From NCBI RefSeq assembly GCF_009914755.1, contig NC_060928.1: a DNA stretch of 64,000 bases; one strand, written 5' to 3'. A program made the translations under genes and the position numbers. Positions 61,996-64,000 of this stretch are shown in pieces. A model generated the notes under the pieces. The model saw only the letters and a list, made by a program, of their open reading frames with translations. It made no database searches and was not told where the DNA came from. Source of the DNA: the human T2T-CHM13v2.0 reference genome, Homo sapiens. How positions within the stretch are numbered: position 1 is the stretch's first letter; every line of letters begins with the position of its first letter.

Positions 61996-63528
61996 AGAAC
62001 AAGTTTCTATCACCCAAAGAGAAACAATATTTTGCTAAAATTCTAAATAAAATCCTATAACTGTATTAATAGAAAATCAGACCCATATTTCCAAATGAAT
62101 GGAATTTTCATTATGGAATCAAGTTACTTGGTTCATAAACTTAGTATGTAGAAGCTCTATGCTTCCTAAGGACAAACTGGAAAACAGCTGTTACGGTTTT
62201 TCTTCTCCAAGCCTTAATTTCACAGAGAAGCGCTAATATTCTCTTGTTCATTATATCATATAAGCACCTCACAGTGTTTCCCATTATGAGATTTATCTTG
62301 TTTGCTTTGAAGTTAAAAAGGGAATGATTGTCTGGCCAAGTCAGGACTCATGAAATTCTAAAAGTCGATGAGCTCAATTTTGAAATAAAATGCCGTCTCT
62401 TGCACACACCATATTAAATCTAGAAATCTGTATTTACATGGCTGTTAAATGATATTCCATGTTACAATCCAAATATCTACATATACTATACAAATATGTG
62501 CAGATATATGCTGAAAACTCTAAAGAAAATAAAACAAATGGAATTCTCTGTTTTCAAGTGTTGATAATTAGAATGTTCACTGATTCTAAAGTTTATTAGA
62601 CTGGTGGTAGTATCAGTTCAAATACTGTCCTCTAAGGTTGCAGTTTCTCAGGTGCACACACAAATATTCCACAGATGCATACACAGCAGAGTTAATCCCC
62701 AAAAAACAATGAAAACATCATTACAATACTCTGATGTACCCAATCTTCTGATCTAAAAAATACCAAATGGAGATTTCACAACAGAAAATACTACAGTGAT
62801 AACTGCTTTCATCAACTGACCCCAAAATATTCTATTACATTTCCAAGAAGATAATGTCTTTGCAGTTACACAATGGAGGCCAGAATTTTAAAGAACTATG
62901 AAGAATTCCTACTCCCCATGTGTGGAAATAAGCCAAATCAGAAAGTAGCAGCTCCCATAGAACATTTCAACATTAGATTTGTCAGGGGAGTTATGCTTCC
63001 TCTGAAGCATATTCTCACGACAAAATGGAATAGCCCTGAAGGTAGAGTGTATTTGAGAATCTCTCGTTTAAAAACCCTGAGAGGGAAGGTTAGGATTGAA
63101 GCATTTGCCCAAGTGATAAAACTCCTGCCTTCAAAGCTCTCATTATAGAATTTCTTCAAAGGAATTTTACGTTTCATTAAAAAAAAAGAAACAAAAGAGA
63201 CTTTAAAAAAATCATCAAAAAATCCAAAAATCAAAGTTTTTGCTCTTCTCTTCTCAATGAAAGGGAAAGCAAAGGCAAAGAGCCCCGACCACCGTCCCCA
63301 CAAATGATGTGCCAGTCCTCCCTGTCTGATATCAGACCCTTCCCTTCCCTTGCCCTGCTCTGCCTTGCCCTTCCCAGGAATGACCCTGCAGGCTACCTCT
63401 CTCAGGCACCCCTGCGAAGTGGCTTCTAGTTAGATTTACATAATGGGATGTGGCAGGAGACTGAGGGCCAAAGGAAGGTCAGCTCCAAGATGTGGCAGTC
63501 CTTTTCTCTGTCTCCAGCAGTATCTACA

Positions 63529-63531
<3 letters not shown>

Positions 63532-63568
<37 letters not shown>
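63532..63568. repeat. (TC)n microsatellite
   Basis: About 18 units read directly. Confidence 0.95.
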
Positions 63569-63570
<2 letters not shown>

Positions 63571-64000
63571 GTCTATCTCCCTCTCTTTCTCTCGCTCATG
63601 GTTTCCAACTTACAAAACCCAATCCAGATGTAAAAATAGAATATTCAAGACCTAAATGTACCCACTTAACCCAACAAGTACTAATCTAATACTTAGGTAG
63701 GGTCTTCCCAACATTAAATCTGCCAGGCCACCAATTCTACACCTGATGGACCAGCAGCTGATTGGAGCTTTTCTCTGCATTGTAACCAATATTATTAGCA
63801 TGAATAGCTCAGCAATACCAAGGTTGTACACAGATCACTGGTACATTTCTACTGTTACAAATGAATTAATACCCTATCTATGAACCTGAGCTTCAGTGCC
63901 TCATCTTAAGCTGGCATTAATTATACTGGTTCAACTGACAAAAGTCTCCAATGATTTAATTAGAGATGGATACAGAAGGGAAAAAGCAAAGCAAAACACA

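Overview
Primate (human-like) non-coding genomic DNA, about half of it interspersed repeats. I count 21 Alu copies (17 on +), two large old L1 elements, several L1 3' fragments, long L2 remnants, MIRs, MER DNA-transposon fossils, LTRs (THE1, MLT1, MLT2, MER57, LTR16/LTR33-like) and a decayed ERVL pol segment. No protein-coding exon or host gene can be supported: the listed ORFs are Alu, L1, L2 or microsatellite translations or chance frames. Repeat family names are recalled from consensus sequences, not from a search. The standout feature is a non-Alu 215-bp inverted repeat (60437-60651 / 60902-61116; 190/215 identical by manual ungapped alignment, 50-bp perfect core, 250-bp spacer) that could fold into a long hairpin. 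Also notable are a small CpG-rich, RUNX-motif element fused to a (GT)22(AG)30 microsatellite at about 20.5-21.0 kb, an L1 that jumps from ORF1 straight to its 3' end, an internally inverted THE1 chimera and an internally deleted 'mini-Alu'.
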